From Desulfurococcaceae archaeon (GTDB lineage Archaea; Thermoproteota; Thermoprotei_A; Sulfolobales; Desulfurococcaceae), in the NCBI GenBank assembly GCA_038888155.1, contig JAWAJB010000003.1:64001-128000 (forward strand): DNA of 64,000 bases, given 5' to 3'. This document shows, piece by piece, positions 37,167 to 46,224 of this stretch (the stretch's first letter is position 1; every line of letters begins with the position of its first letter). A program made the position numbers and the translations under genes. The notes under the pieces were generated by a model. That model saw nothing but the letters and a program-made list of their open reading frames with translations. It had not been told where the DNA came from and ran no database searches.

Positions 37167-37712
37167 ATGAAGCCAGCAATTCTAGTTATTGACATGCTAA
37201 AGGAGTTTGTATACGGTAGGTTAAAGAGCCCTACGGCGCCGGCAATAATTCCAGCAGTAAAGGCGCTAGTAGAGAAAGCCCGCTCGAAAAATATCCCAGT
37301 GATCTACCTCCTCGACAGGCACTATCCCTTCGATAGGGAGGTCAATTTATGGGGCCTTCACGCTATGGTTGGGGACAGCGAGGCTGAGGTAGTAGACGAG
37401 TTGAAGCCCAGTAGCGGAGACTTAGTCCTATACAAGAGATCATATACTGGATTCCGCGACACGGGCCTTGAGGGAATCCTTAGGGATCTAGGCAGAGATA
37501 CTGTTGTTTTAACGGGCATTCACACGCATATATGCGTTTTACACACTGCAATAGATGCGTATTACGCTGGATTCAACGTTGTAGTAGTCAAGGACGCCGT
37601 AGCCGCTTTTAGCCAGGAGGATCACGACTACGCAATTAAGTACATGGAGAAGATACTTGGAGCTAAGCTGATTGATACAACTGAAGCCCTCGCTCAGTTA
37701 AGCAACCTTTAG
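37167..37712 (+). CDS. isochorismatase/nicotinamidase family cysteine hydrolase
   Basis: LVIDM, KRSYTGF, GIHTHICV. Confidence 0.93.
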   Translation: MKPAILVIDMLKEFVYGRLKSPTAPAIIPAVKALVEKARSKNIPVIYLLDRHYPFDREVNLWGLHAMVGDSEAEVVDELKPSSGDLVLYKRSYTGFRDTGLEGILRDLGRDTVVLTGIHTHICVLHTAIDAYYAGFNVVVVKDAVAAFSQEDHDYAIKYMEKILGAKLIDTTEALAQLSNL

Positions 37713-38467
37713 TGGCACTTCTTCTTCCAGTGTTCAATGATATCCCCTTCAACAGGACTCGGCTTTGCAAGTATAACTACGCTGTGCGGCGGCGGGGGGT
37801 ATGCGTAGCCCTTAATGTCTACAAGCGAACCAACGCATATTTTCTCGTCCTTCCAACCCAAGCGGGCAACCCCAAGCGATAGCTGTTTCTCTAGGATACC
37901 CCCCTCGTCTAGGTAGAGCAGTATATCTACAGCTTCACTGATGGTCATGAACTTCAATTCATCTACCCTTAGATCCAACAAGACAATAGTGTGGAGATTT
38001 CTCTGGAGATTGCCGTAAATAGCCTCAAGCGTGCTATAGGGCTTAAAAGAAGTTGGATACACTAGGGTAACGTGTTTCCCAAACCTGTAGGACTGTAGCC
38101 CCAGCCTGCTATACGCCATTGTTATAAACGAGATTCCGTTAACGATCTTCACCTCGACGCCCTGCTTAGTTGCTTCGCTAAGTAGCGCGTCGTGAGTTGT
38201 CGCAATGAACGGATCGCCAGGTACAGCTATTACGACTTTCCTGCCCTTAGCTTCTTCCACAACCCTCCTCATAGAATCGCCCTCTAGGTCTCGCCTACTA
38301 GCGTACACGTACTTGGCTTGTGGATTAAAAGACTCGATCTCGGCAAGGGGGTCCTCGTACATAGACGTGTATGTATCGACGAACACGATATCGGCTGTTT
38401 TCAGCTCCTCGAGGGCCTCTAATGTTAAGTGCCTAGTTGAGTAGCCTAAGCCAATGAAAACCAACAT
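37709..38467 (-). CDS. dph5: diphthine synthase
   Basis: FIGLG, DTYTS, GDPFIATTH, GLQSYRFG, HTIVLLD, PPHS. Confidence 0.95.
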   Translation of the reverse strand: MLVFIGLGYSTRHLTLEALEELKTADIVFVDTYTSMYEDPLAEIESFNPQAKYVYASRRDLEGDSMRRVVEEAKGRKVVIAVPGDPFIATTHDALLSEATKQGVEVKIVNGISFITMAYSRLGLQSYRFGKHVTLVYPTSFKPYSTLEAIYGNLQRNLHTIVLLDLRVDELKFMTISEAVDILLYLDEGGILEKQLSLGVARLGWKDEKICVGSLVDIKGYAYPPPPHSVVILAKPSPVEGDIIEHWKKKCH

Positions 38468-38698
38468 GGTCGACGCTGTCCCTCCAAATACCAGGTATAT
38501 CAAGGGCGTCGTTGCTTAAAGTCTTGCATCCCTGAATTTCTGTATCCACGCCAATGAGTTAGACGCTGAAGGGCCCTTGGTCCCCTCAGGAGGCGACTTA
38601 GAAAAGACCGCTTCTAATTCCCACAGCAGAACTCTAGTTAAATACTTGCTCAACACTTAATTTTTGGCTTTAAGCATTAAAGTCCTCTAGGTGTAGCC

Positions 38699-39487
38699 AT
38701 GAGCCACGTATTCGTTAAGTTGGGAGGGAGCTTTATTACGCATAAGGATAAGCCAGTAAGTGTTAACTACCACGCACTTAAGCACTTGAGGGAAATCTTC
38801 AGGGCTGTGCTTAGGCAACAGGGCATAAGTGTTCTAGTGGGCAACGGGGGCGGTAGCTTCGCTCACTACACTGTCCTAAAGTACGCTAATACCTGCAACA
38901 AAGCGCTGTTAGTTAAATGCCATGAGTCTACTAGAATGCTCAATAGGATGATTGTCGACTACTTGTTGGAAAGCGAGATCTTGGCTACGAGCGTTCAAAC
39001 GAGTAGCATTGTGTACTACGATGAGAGCTCACAGGACATAGACGTCTTCACTAAGCCTGTTGAAGTCCTCTTGAGCTTGGGAATAATCCCAGTGGTTTAC
39101 GGCGATTGCGTGCCAACTCTGAGTAAGCCAATTATAGTTTCAACCGAGAGGCTGTTCGAGCTTATCGCGAGGTATATAAAGCCGAGGAGAATAGTCCTTT
39201 TAAGCGATGTAGGCGGAGTTTATACGTGTGATCCTAAGGCTTGCGAGAACCCCGTAGTTATAAACAGGATAACGCCCTCCAATATAGCTGAAGTGCTTAA
39301 AGTACTAGAGCAAAGTAAACACGCTGATGCAACAGGCGGAATGTTCACTAAGGTACAGTATATGAGCAGGTTAGCTGTGAAGCTTGGGATAGATGTCGTG
39401 ATAACGTCGGGGTTTGACGTAGAATCTTCAGTTTCAGCAATTCTTGGGGGAGAGCCTCTAAGGGGGACAGTAATAGCCCCCAGCTAG
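38699..39487 (+). CDS. ipk: isopentenyl phosphate kinase
   Basis: KLGGSFIT.K, GGGSFAH, PVVYGD, DATGGM..K. Confidence 0.9.
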   Translation: MSHVFVKLGGSFITHKDKPVSVNYHALKHLREIFRAVLRQQGISVLVGNGGGSFAHYTVLKYANTCNKALLVKCHESTRMLNRMIVDYLLESEILATSVQTSSIVYYDESSQDIDVFTKPVEVLLSLGIIPVVYGDCVPTLSKPIIVSTERLFELIARYIKPRRIVLLSDVGGVYTCDPKACENPVVINRITPSNIAEVLKVLEQSKHADATGGMFTKVQYMSRLAVKLGIDVVITSGFDVESSVSAILGGEPLRGTVIAPS

Positions 39488-39673
39488 GGGCCCCTCAACT
39501 GCATGCGTAGCCTCTGAGCTAGCCTACTAGGAGCGCATTGTCAATTAATCCCTAGCTCTCTTGCCTGTTTTTGAGTGTAGCTTTGAGTTGCAACCTGGGC
39601 TACTCCAAACTTATGATCTCCATTGATATCTTTAAATAACCTTGTCAAGTAATTATCTTGAAGGTGCTATGCC

Positions 39674-39895
39674 TTGCCCAAAAGACAAGCAGTGTTGTTG
39701 AGAAACGAGCTAGACAAACTGGGCTTAGAGCTACTGGATGTCTACAGCTACAAAGAGGGCGACTTCATAAGAGCGCTCAATAGGCAAACAGGCAGAGTGC
39801 ACGTTCACAAGAGCACAAGAAAAATAACTGCCTTGACCTCTATGGATGACATCAAAGAGCTAGCTTCTAGCATAGCAGGGCGCAGGTCAAGATAG
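39674..39895 (+). CDS. hypothetical protein
   Basis: 73 aa, AGGTG RBS. Confidence 0.65.
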   Translation: MPKRQAVLLRNELDKLGLELLDVYSYKEGDFIRALNRQTGRVHVHKSTRKITALTSMDDIKELASSIAGRRSR

Positions 39896-41344
39896 TTGCT
39901 TTTTCGCTTTAATCCAGCTTGTTTCAAGCCCCTTGTCCATTAGCTGTATGCCCACGCGTGTTAGCTCATTTCTAATGCTATCTGATAGATCGTAGATGCC
40001 GCGCTTCCTCAGCTCTCTCCTAGTTTCAACAAGTATTTTTAATACCTCGTTGAGCAGTAGATCAGCCTCTGAGACCCCCTCCTCTTCAACAGCGGTGAAG
40101 ACGTAGTTAAATGACCTTAGAGCTCTAAGGGCTAGTGAAGTTAAGAAGTACTTGGGGTTATACTGTATTTCCCGGAATACTACAGTCAGTAGCTCGCTTA
40201 CGGTAGCAATTGCCTGCGGGGTATTAAAGTCGCTACTGAGGCTTTCGTAGAACTCGTTGTTGATTTCAATGAGCCTCCTAGCCAGCTTTATGTCATTGTC
40301 ATTTAAGTAGTGCATATCGCGAGCTTCTGCCCCCAGCTTCTTCAACAAGTCATATGCAGCTACCAGCCTCTCTTTTAATCTCATGGCTTGCTCTAAGTTC
40401 TCCTCTGTAAAGCTCAGCGGCTTCCTGTAGTGAACGTGTAGGTACCATAGCCGCAGTGCGCTGTAGTCCCACTTTGCTAATGCCTCCCTTAGCGGCACTA
40501 TGTTTCCAAGGCTCTTGCTCATCTTGTCTTGGCCGATCATAACAAGGCCCGTGTGCATCCATATTGAAACCCACGGCCTAGCTCCGAAAAGAGCCTCGCT
40601 CTGAGCGCGCTCGTTCTCGTGGTGAGGAAAGATCAAGTCTGTGCCCCCTCCGTGTATATCAAACCTGCCCCCCAAGTAGCGTGAGCTCATAACGCTGCAC
40701 TCGATATGCCAGCCCGGCCTCCCCTTTCCCCACGGGCTATCCCAGTAAGGCTCGCCTGGTTTTGCCCTCTTCCATAGAACGAAGTCGTATGGGGCTTTCT
40801 TGTCGAGTAAGAACTCCTTCTCTTGATCCCACAGCTCTTTTTCACTCCTGCCCGAGAGTCTACCGTAGTCATCATACTTATCTACTTCGAAGTAAACGCT
40901 ACCGCTTGGTCCCACGTAGGCGTAGCCCTTATCTATTAGTTGTTGCACGAAATCTATGATCTCCCTGATGTGTTGAGTTACTCGAGGGTGATGATCAACA
41001 CTTATGCGCAACTTGTTGAGCACCTCAAGGTAGTCTCTCGTGTACTCGTCTGCTATTTCGCTCCAGCTCCTGTTAGTCTCATTGGCCCTCCTAATGATCT
41101 TGTCGTCAATATCAGTTATGTTCATTACGTGTACGACGTTGTAGCCTCTCAGCGCTAGGTATTTCTTCAGTGCATCATATACAACATAGGTCCTTCCGTG
41201 CCCGAGGTGAGTGTAGTCATATACTGTTGGGCCGCACACGTAAATTTTGACTAAGTTCTGCTCTGCAGGCTCAAGCAGTTTCTCGCCTTTACTTAACGTG
41301 TCATAGAGCTTAATTTTCTCGAAGTGTGACACAATCCTAATCAA
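39887..41344 (-). CDS. cysS: cysteine--tRNA ligase
   Basis: YVCGPTVYD, HLGH, GRPGWHIECS, FPHHENE, KMSKS. Confidence 0.98.
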   Translation of the reverse strand: MIRIVSHFEKIKLYDTLSKGEKLLEPAEQNLVKIYVCGPTVYDYTHLGHGRTYVVYDALKKYLALRGYNVVHVMNITDIDDKIIRRANETNRSWSEIADEYTRDYLEVLNKLRISVDHHPRVTQHIREIIDFVQQLIDKGYAYVGPSGSVYFEVDKYDDYGRLSGRSEKELWDQEKEFLLDKKAPYDFVLWKRAKPGEPYWDSPWGKGRPGWHIECSVMSSRYLGGRFDIHGGGTDLIFPHHENERAQSEALFGARPWVSIWMHTGLVMIGQDKMSKSLGNIVPLREALAKWDYSALRLWYLHVHYRKPLSFTEENLEQAMRLKERLVAAYDLLKKLGAEARDMHYLNDNDIKLARRLIEINNEFYESLSSDFNTPQAIATVSELLTVVFREIQYNPKYFLTSLALRALRSFNYVFTAVEEEGVSEADLLLNEVLKILVETRRELRKRGIYDLSDSIRNELTRVGIQLMDKGLETSWIKAKKQLS

Positions 41345-42075
41345 CCCCTGTAATATCTATCAAATACCTCCATTAAAACTCCTCCAACTCTAATAAATTC
41401 CTCTGTGAGCCCCTTAGTAAAAAAGCTTCTGTATGCTTCCTTATCGTGCAAAACGTTGCTTACGATGAGAACGCAGGCTGCCTCAAATCCCCGCATCCAC
41501 CCAAGGATAAATAAAGTTGCAGCCTCCATTTCTACGGCTATTACCCCGTACTGGCTCATTGACTCTGCGAGCTTGGGCGACTCAGCGTAAAAAGCATCGC
41601 TTGTAAATACAGGTCCGCACTTGTACGCGATGTTGTTTTCCTCGAGCAGGTCCATTACTCGGCTAGTCAACCTGGGGTGTGAGCCTGTTGCTCCGCAGAG
41701 ACCGGGCATGTACTGACCGATAGTACACCCGCCCGTATGGTAGACTGAGGAAGTAGCCACGACAACGTCGCCCACTCTAGTGTCGCTCCTTATTCCTCCA
41801 GCAGTTCCAAACCTTATTATTCTCTTGGCCCCAAGGGCCTTGAGCTCCTCGAACACCATAGCAGCGCTTGGTCCCCCAATGCCGTGATTTGCTAAGGTCA
41901 CTCTCGTGCTCTTGTAGAAGCCAGTAATTACCTTAAAGCCTCTATAAGTGTTTACAACCTTGGCATCAGTCAAAACACTTGAGAGGATCTCGACTCTAGC
42001 GGGGTCCCCGCACGCTATTACGTTGGGCGCTATATCTTGGCTGGGCGCCTTAATTAGCACAGGCAAGGTGAACAC
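41341..42075 (-). CDS. purine nucleoside phosphorylase (DeoD/PNP_UDP family)
   Basis: GDPARV, HGIGGPS, RFGTAG, SDAFYAE, VEMEAA. Confidence 0.93.
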   Translation of the reverse strand: MFTLPVLIKAPSQDIAPNVIACGDPARVEILSSVLTDAKVVNTYRGFKVITGFYKSTRVTLANHGIGGPSAAMVFEELKALGAKRIIRFGTAGGIRSDTRVGDVVVATSSVYHTGGCTIGQYMPGLCGATGSHPRLTSRVMDLLEENNIAYKCGPVFTSDAFYAESPKLAESMSQYGVIAVEMEAATLFILGWMRGFEAACVLIVSNVLHDKEAYRSFFTKGLTEEFIRVGGVLMEVFDRYYRG

Positions 42076-42636
42076 CTACCTCTTGCGTTGCTTCTTCTTC
42101 CTCCCGCTGCGCTTCCTTTTCTTTTTGCGTTGCCTGCGCTCCCTGACCTTTGGCTGAACTAGCTCGTGCGGAAAAACTACCCTTGTGTCGTCTTCGCCCT
42201 CTATTATAGCGAAGTCGTAGCCTCTGTCCCTTACCTCGAGCACTCCGTCATATATGATCATCTGTGAACTGGGCTTGAATTCGTGGATAGCCTCGCATCT
42301 TTCAGCCTCTCTGCACTTAACGAGGAGAATTCTCCTAAGGTAGGAGGGCTTGGGGCTAATTACTGCAAGCCCGCTATCCTGTCCTCCATCCCCCAACACT
42401 ACTCTCAGCCCCGGCGTCTCTACCTCAGCCAAGATAAAAGCCCCGCTCGCTCTCTCCTTGATCACGCGCTCAGCGGCTATCTCGATGAGCTTATCTATAA
42501 TTTCCGCTTTAGCTACGCCGTTAGGTACTTCGAGGGCTTCCCACTTCTCTTCATCTACGTGGTACCCGGTTATAGTTACAGCAGGGTCTTCTTGGAGCTT
42601 TGTCGACAGTTTGAGTACTCTGGTCATGACCTGCAA
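42076..42636 (-). CDS. hypothetical protein with highly basic C-terminal tail
   Basis: Co-oriented with PNP and cysS; RERRQRKKKRKRSGRKKKQRKR tail. Confidence 0.7.
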   Translation of the reverse strand: MQVMTRVLKLSTKLQEDPAVTITGYHVDEEKWEALEVPNGVAKAEIIDKLIEIAAERVIKERASGAFILAEVETPGLRVVLGDGGQDSGLAVISPKPSYLRRILLVKCREAERCEAIHEFKPSSQMIIYDGVLEVRDRGYDFAIIEGEDDTRVVFPHELVQPKVRERRQRKKKRKRSGRKKKQRKR

Positions 42637-42694
42637 AAAACTGGCACCCCAGTGGGTAACTATTAAATAACTACGTGAGCATGCTTAATATCAG

Positions 42695-43192
42695 GTGACA
42701 ATAATGGAGGTCAGGATTTTTAAAGTCCCAATTAAGATCCCCGAAGGCGCAAATGTCATCATTGCTAGAAGCCATTTTATAAAAACAGTCGAGGACGTAT
42801 ACGAAGTCCTTGTTACAAGCGTGCCTGGGATAAGGTTCGGTCTTGCGTTCAATGAAGCCAGCGGCAAGAGGCTGGTCAGGCACGAAGGGAACGACGAGGA
42901 GCTAGTGAAAGCAGCTGTAGAGTCAGCGATGAATATAGGCGCAGGGCACACGTTTGTCCTATATATTAGAAACGCCTACCCCATAAATGTTCTGAACCAG
43001 CTAAAGAACACTCAAGAGATAGTGTCTTTGCTAGTTGCAACTGCTAACCCAGTTGAAGTGTTAGTTGCAGAGACGTCTCAGGGCAGGGCCGTTATAGGCG
43101 TGGTTGACGGCTACACTCCTCTAGGCGTTGAAAGCGAGGAGGATAGGCGGGAGCGAAAGGAGTTCTTAAGAAGGATAGGCTACAAAAAATAG
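42695..43192 (+). CDS. adenosine-specific kinase family (DUF355)
   Basis: [42 protein letters not shown]. Confidence 0.92.
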   Translation: MTIMEVRIFKVPIKIPEGANVIIARSHFIKTVEDVYEVLVTSVPGIRFGLAFNEASGKRLVRHEGNDEELVKAAVESAMNIGAGHTFVLYIRNAYPINVLNQLKNTQEIVSLLVATANPVEVLVAETSQGRAVIGVVDGYTPLGVESEEDRRERKEFLRRIGYKK

Positions 43193-43254
43193 CTCTATTG
43201 TACTGCAGTTACGTAATTAAACGCAGCATTAGGAGGGAAGCCCAGCGCTCATTG

Positions 43255-43578
43255 CTAGTAGCCAGTGTTGGATTCGCTAACAACGTCTACAACGTGTGCT
43301 ATTACTACGTCTTCTTGCACTTTAAATACCTTAACTTTTACCCTTGAGCCGCTTGTCGCGTTAGGTATAATGATTTTTTTATCCTTATAGTACACAACCC
43401 CCTGTCCCTTTTCGTTAATGTCGTAGACTTCAACTGTTAGAGTATCGCCTACTTTAATTATAGGGCGCTCTTGCGTTTTAATTGGCGGGTATATGCTGAA
43501 CCTCTGTATGTTGCTAGTATATGGATTCCATTTATTTTTCTTGTTGTATCTCGACACATTCACACACTTTATAGCCAT
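43255..43578 (-). CDS. TRAM domain RNA-binding protein
   Basis: KVGDTLTVEV.DI..KGQGV...VKVKVFKV. Confidence 0.85.
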   Translation of the reverse strand: MAIKCVNVSRYNKKNKWNPYTSNIQRFSIYPPIKTQERPIIKVGDTLTVEVYDINEKGQGVVYYKDKKIIIPNATSGSRVKVKVFKVQEDVVIAHVVDVVSESNTGY

Positions 43579-43629
43579 GAAATCATCATAAATACATGTA
43601 CTTAAAAACCTTTCGGTGGTGCGCTGAAG

Positions 43630-44262
43630 TTGGACTTTTTAAGGCACATAGTGAACCCCATTATCAATAAGCACATAGAGCTGAGAACGCTAGAACTAAA
43701 GGAGGCTGCAGAGGTAAAGAGAGCGCTTTATCAAGCGGAGGAGAAATACAAGTTCAGCATCTACAATGGAGAGCCCAGCAACTTGATCCACTTCTTGAAC
43801 TCCGAGGACTTCGAGACCTTAGTTGAGCTCTTTAAGTCATCCAGCGCGCTAAATGTTCTCGTTGAGATACTAGAAAGGGCGGGCGAAGTTTATAAGGAAA
43901 ACAGGTCGCTCTACGAGACAATAAAGTCAGCGCTAAGCCTCATTAAGGGAGGAGACCAGAGCGGGGAGAGAGCTCAAACATTACCCCCCGTGGGCGAAGA
44001 TCTTGGGAAACTAGGCAGCTACCTTGAGAGCTTAGGCGCAAGAAGAGTAGTAGTTGGGGGAAACACGTTGAGAGCTACAGTAAGCGATGACCTTGAACTA
44101 AAGATTAGCGTCTTGAAGAAGAGCATCAAGCTAGAGCTCAAGCTCGCCAGACCTCAAGAAAAGGAGCTGTTATTAGCCAACTTGAAGAAGGCTGAAAGCT
44201 TGTTAGAGAAAATTAGCAGCAACTTAGCTGGTAGAAACTATAAGGTCTCTAGCGATAAATAA
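43630..44262 (+). CDS. hypothetical protein
   Basis: 210-aa ORF with GGTG RBS. Confidence 0.7.
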   Translation: MDFLRHIVNPIINKHIELRTLELKEAAEVKRALYQAEEKYKFSIYNGEPSNLIHFLNSEDFETLVELFKSSSALNVLVEILERAGEVYKENRSLYETIKSALSLIKGGDQSGERAQTLPPVGEDLGKLGSYLESLGARRVVVGGNTLRATVSDDLELKISVLKKSIKLELKLARPQEKELLLANLKKAESLLEKISSNLAGRNYKVSSDK

Positions 44263-44620
44263 ACTACCCGCTATCAACCTCCTAATTAGCGCTCCGGCTT
44301 GGCACCCCCTTAACAAGAGCTATTGCTCTCACGTGCTCTGTAAGCTAATACTATTTCATTGCCTTTAGTCCTTTGGGCTTCTCGCGGATTGCACACGAAT
44401 GGAATATTAGCGCCCCAAATTGAACCGCGTGAAGGCAAGCAACCTGAGAACATAAGGAACACGAAATATAAACCTATCCCTCCACAATCGCGCCACACTC
44501 GCTCTCTAACTGCGAAATACCAGGCAACAACTCTAAGGAGAGCTCACTCTAGCCCTGCCCTAGCGTTTAAGTGTAAAGAGCCTATAAGAGCACTTTGCTA
44601 GACATATAATAGGGGGCTAG

Positions 44621-45754
44621 TTGGTTGACTGGTTTGTCGCAATAGTAAATATCAGGCCTGACGCCATCTCAGTGTGGACAGATCCGCATGTGAGGGACAG
44701 GCTCTCACACTACTACAGCGTAATGAAGAACGAGAGACCCGCTCGATTCATTTTGGCTAAGCTCACTCCCGTTGACTTAGACTCGAGCTCTCGCGAGATC
44801 CCCCTAAGCGAGTTGTGGAGTATTCACAACAGGGCAAAGCAGGAGTTCAGCAAAATATGCCGCGAATTTCAGGCGAGATCAGTCAAGCTAGAGGACCACG
44901 AGAAGCCGCCGTTCAGCTACCTCGATCTAAAGGCTGTTATAGCACGAAGGCTTATGAGCCCGTGTAGGCTCTGCGAGCGTAAGTGCGGGGCGTTGAGGGG
45001 AGAAGGCAAGATTGGCATGTGCATGGTTGACAAAGATGCAATAGTTCATAGCTACTTCCACCACGTTGGGGAGGAGGCCCCCCTTGTACCCAGCGGGACA
45101 ATATTCTACGGAGGCTGTAACTTTAAGTGCGCTTTCTGCCAGAACTACGATATCAGCCAAGTCAAGGCAAGAGAAGGAGAAAGGCTCTCCCCTCGCGACT
45201 TAGCATCAATTCAGGTCTACCTCAGGAGGCGAGGAGCTAGGAACATAAACCACGTTGGCGGGGAGCCAACCCCCCATATACCGTTTATACTCGAAAGCAT
45301 GAAGTATTTAGACGTCAACACACCGCAGCTATGGAATAGCAACATGTACATGTCCGAGGAATCCATGAGGCTCCTCGAGGACATTATTGATATATGGCTT
45401 CCTGACCTAAAATATGGCAACAATGCCTGCGCGTGGAGGCTCAGCAAGGTTAGGGGCTACTGGGAAATAGTTACTAGGAACATTAGAAGAGCCCACGAGT
45501 GTGGAGATATTATAATAAGGCACCTCGTGCTACCTAACCACATTGAGTGTTGCACTAAGCCAGTCTTGGATTGGATTGCTGCTAATGCCCCTAGAGCGCT
45601 ACTTAATATTATGGAGCAGTATAGACCTGAGCATATAGTTGCAAGGTACCCCCATATGTACTCAGATATTGCTAGGAGGCCTACGAGGGAGGAGATGATG
45701 AGAGCATACCAGATAGCAGATGAGCTAGGGATAGTGTACAAGCCTGTATCATAA
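44621..45754 (+). CDS. radical SAM protein, PflX family
   Basis: CRLCERKC, GEEAPLVPSGTIF, CNFKCAFCQN, GGEPTP, RHLVLP. Confidence 0.93.
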   Translation: MVDWFVAIVNIRPDAISVWTDPHVRDRLSHYYSVMKNERPARFILAKLTPVDLDSSSREIPLSELWSIHNRAKQEFSKICREFQARSVKLEDHEKPPFSYLDLKAVIARRLMSPCRLCERKCGALRGEGKIGMCMVDKDAIVHSYFHHVGEEAPLVPSGTIFYGGCNFKCAFCQNYDISQVKAREGERLSPRDLASIQVYLRRRGARNINHVGGEPTPHIPFILESMKYLDVNTPQLWNSNMYMSEESMRLLEDIIDIWLPDLKYGNNACAWRLSKVRGYWEIVTRNIRRAHECGDIIIRHLVLPNHIECCTKPVLDWIAANAPRALLNIMEQYRPEHIVARYPHMYSDIARRPTREEMMRAYQIADELGIVYKPVS

Positions 45755-45758
45755 CTAA

Positions 45759-46139
45759 GTGAGTTGTCGTGAGATCATGGGCGAGGAACCAAGTAGCTTA
45801 AAAATAGAGGAGCTCTTCTTCGACGAGTACTACAGGGTGTTGGTGCTCGAGGACTTAAATAGATTCATCATTTCAGTAGATGTTTACAAGCCGGGTTGGG
45901 ATTACACCAACTACAAAGATGTATGTATAAACGAGACCTGCCTCCTCCTGAAAGAGCTATCCCCGTCGGAGATCAACCTAGATGCCGCTATGGGGGGAGT
46001 TGAGAAAGTTGTTGTCGTGGGAGTTAAGGTTGGGGCTAAGTTCGAGACAATTGGCGTTAAGTGGTTTATGAAGCATAAGCCAAGTAGCGAGGAAGTCCGC
46101 AGCATCTACGAGCGCTCTTGGAGAATTATAAGGCAATAG
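45759..46139 (+). CDS. hypothetical protein
   Basis: 126 aa, in the same run as pflX and valS. Confidence 0.65.
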   Translation: MSCREIMGEEPSSLKIEELFFDEYYRVLVLEDLNRFIISVDVYKPGWDYTNYKDVCINETCLLLKELSPSEINLDAAMGGVEKVVVVGVKVGAKFETIGVKWFMKHKPSSEEVRSIYERSWRIIRQ

Positions 46140-46224
46140 GGCGTGATTAGAGCATATATACAAAAGCATAAATACTGAATTAGTGTTTTTCAAACAAAGA
46201 AGCGACACAGTGAGGAGTATTTTT

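Noticed and set aside
43575-43595. ATGATGA on the minus strand as a C box
   Set aside because: No downstream D box; runs into the TRAM gene
44263-44620. ORFs 44310-44498 and 44359-44601, or an ncRNA
   Set aside because: No motifs, RBS or stable structure; likely spurious or decayed
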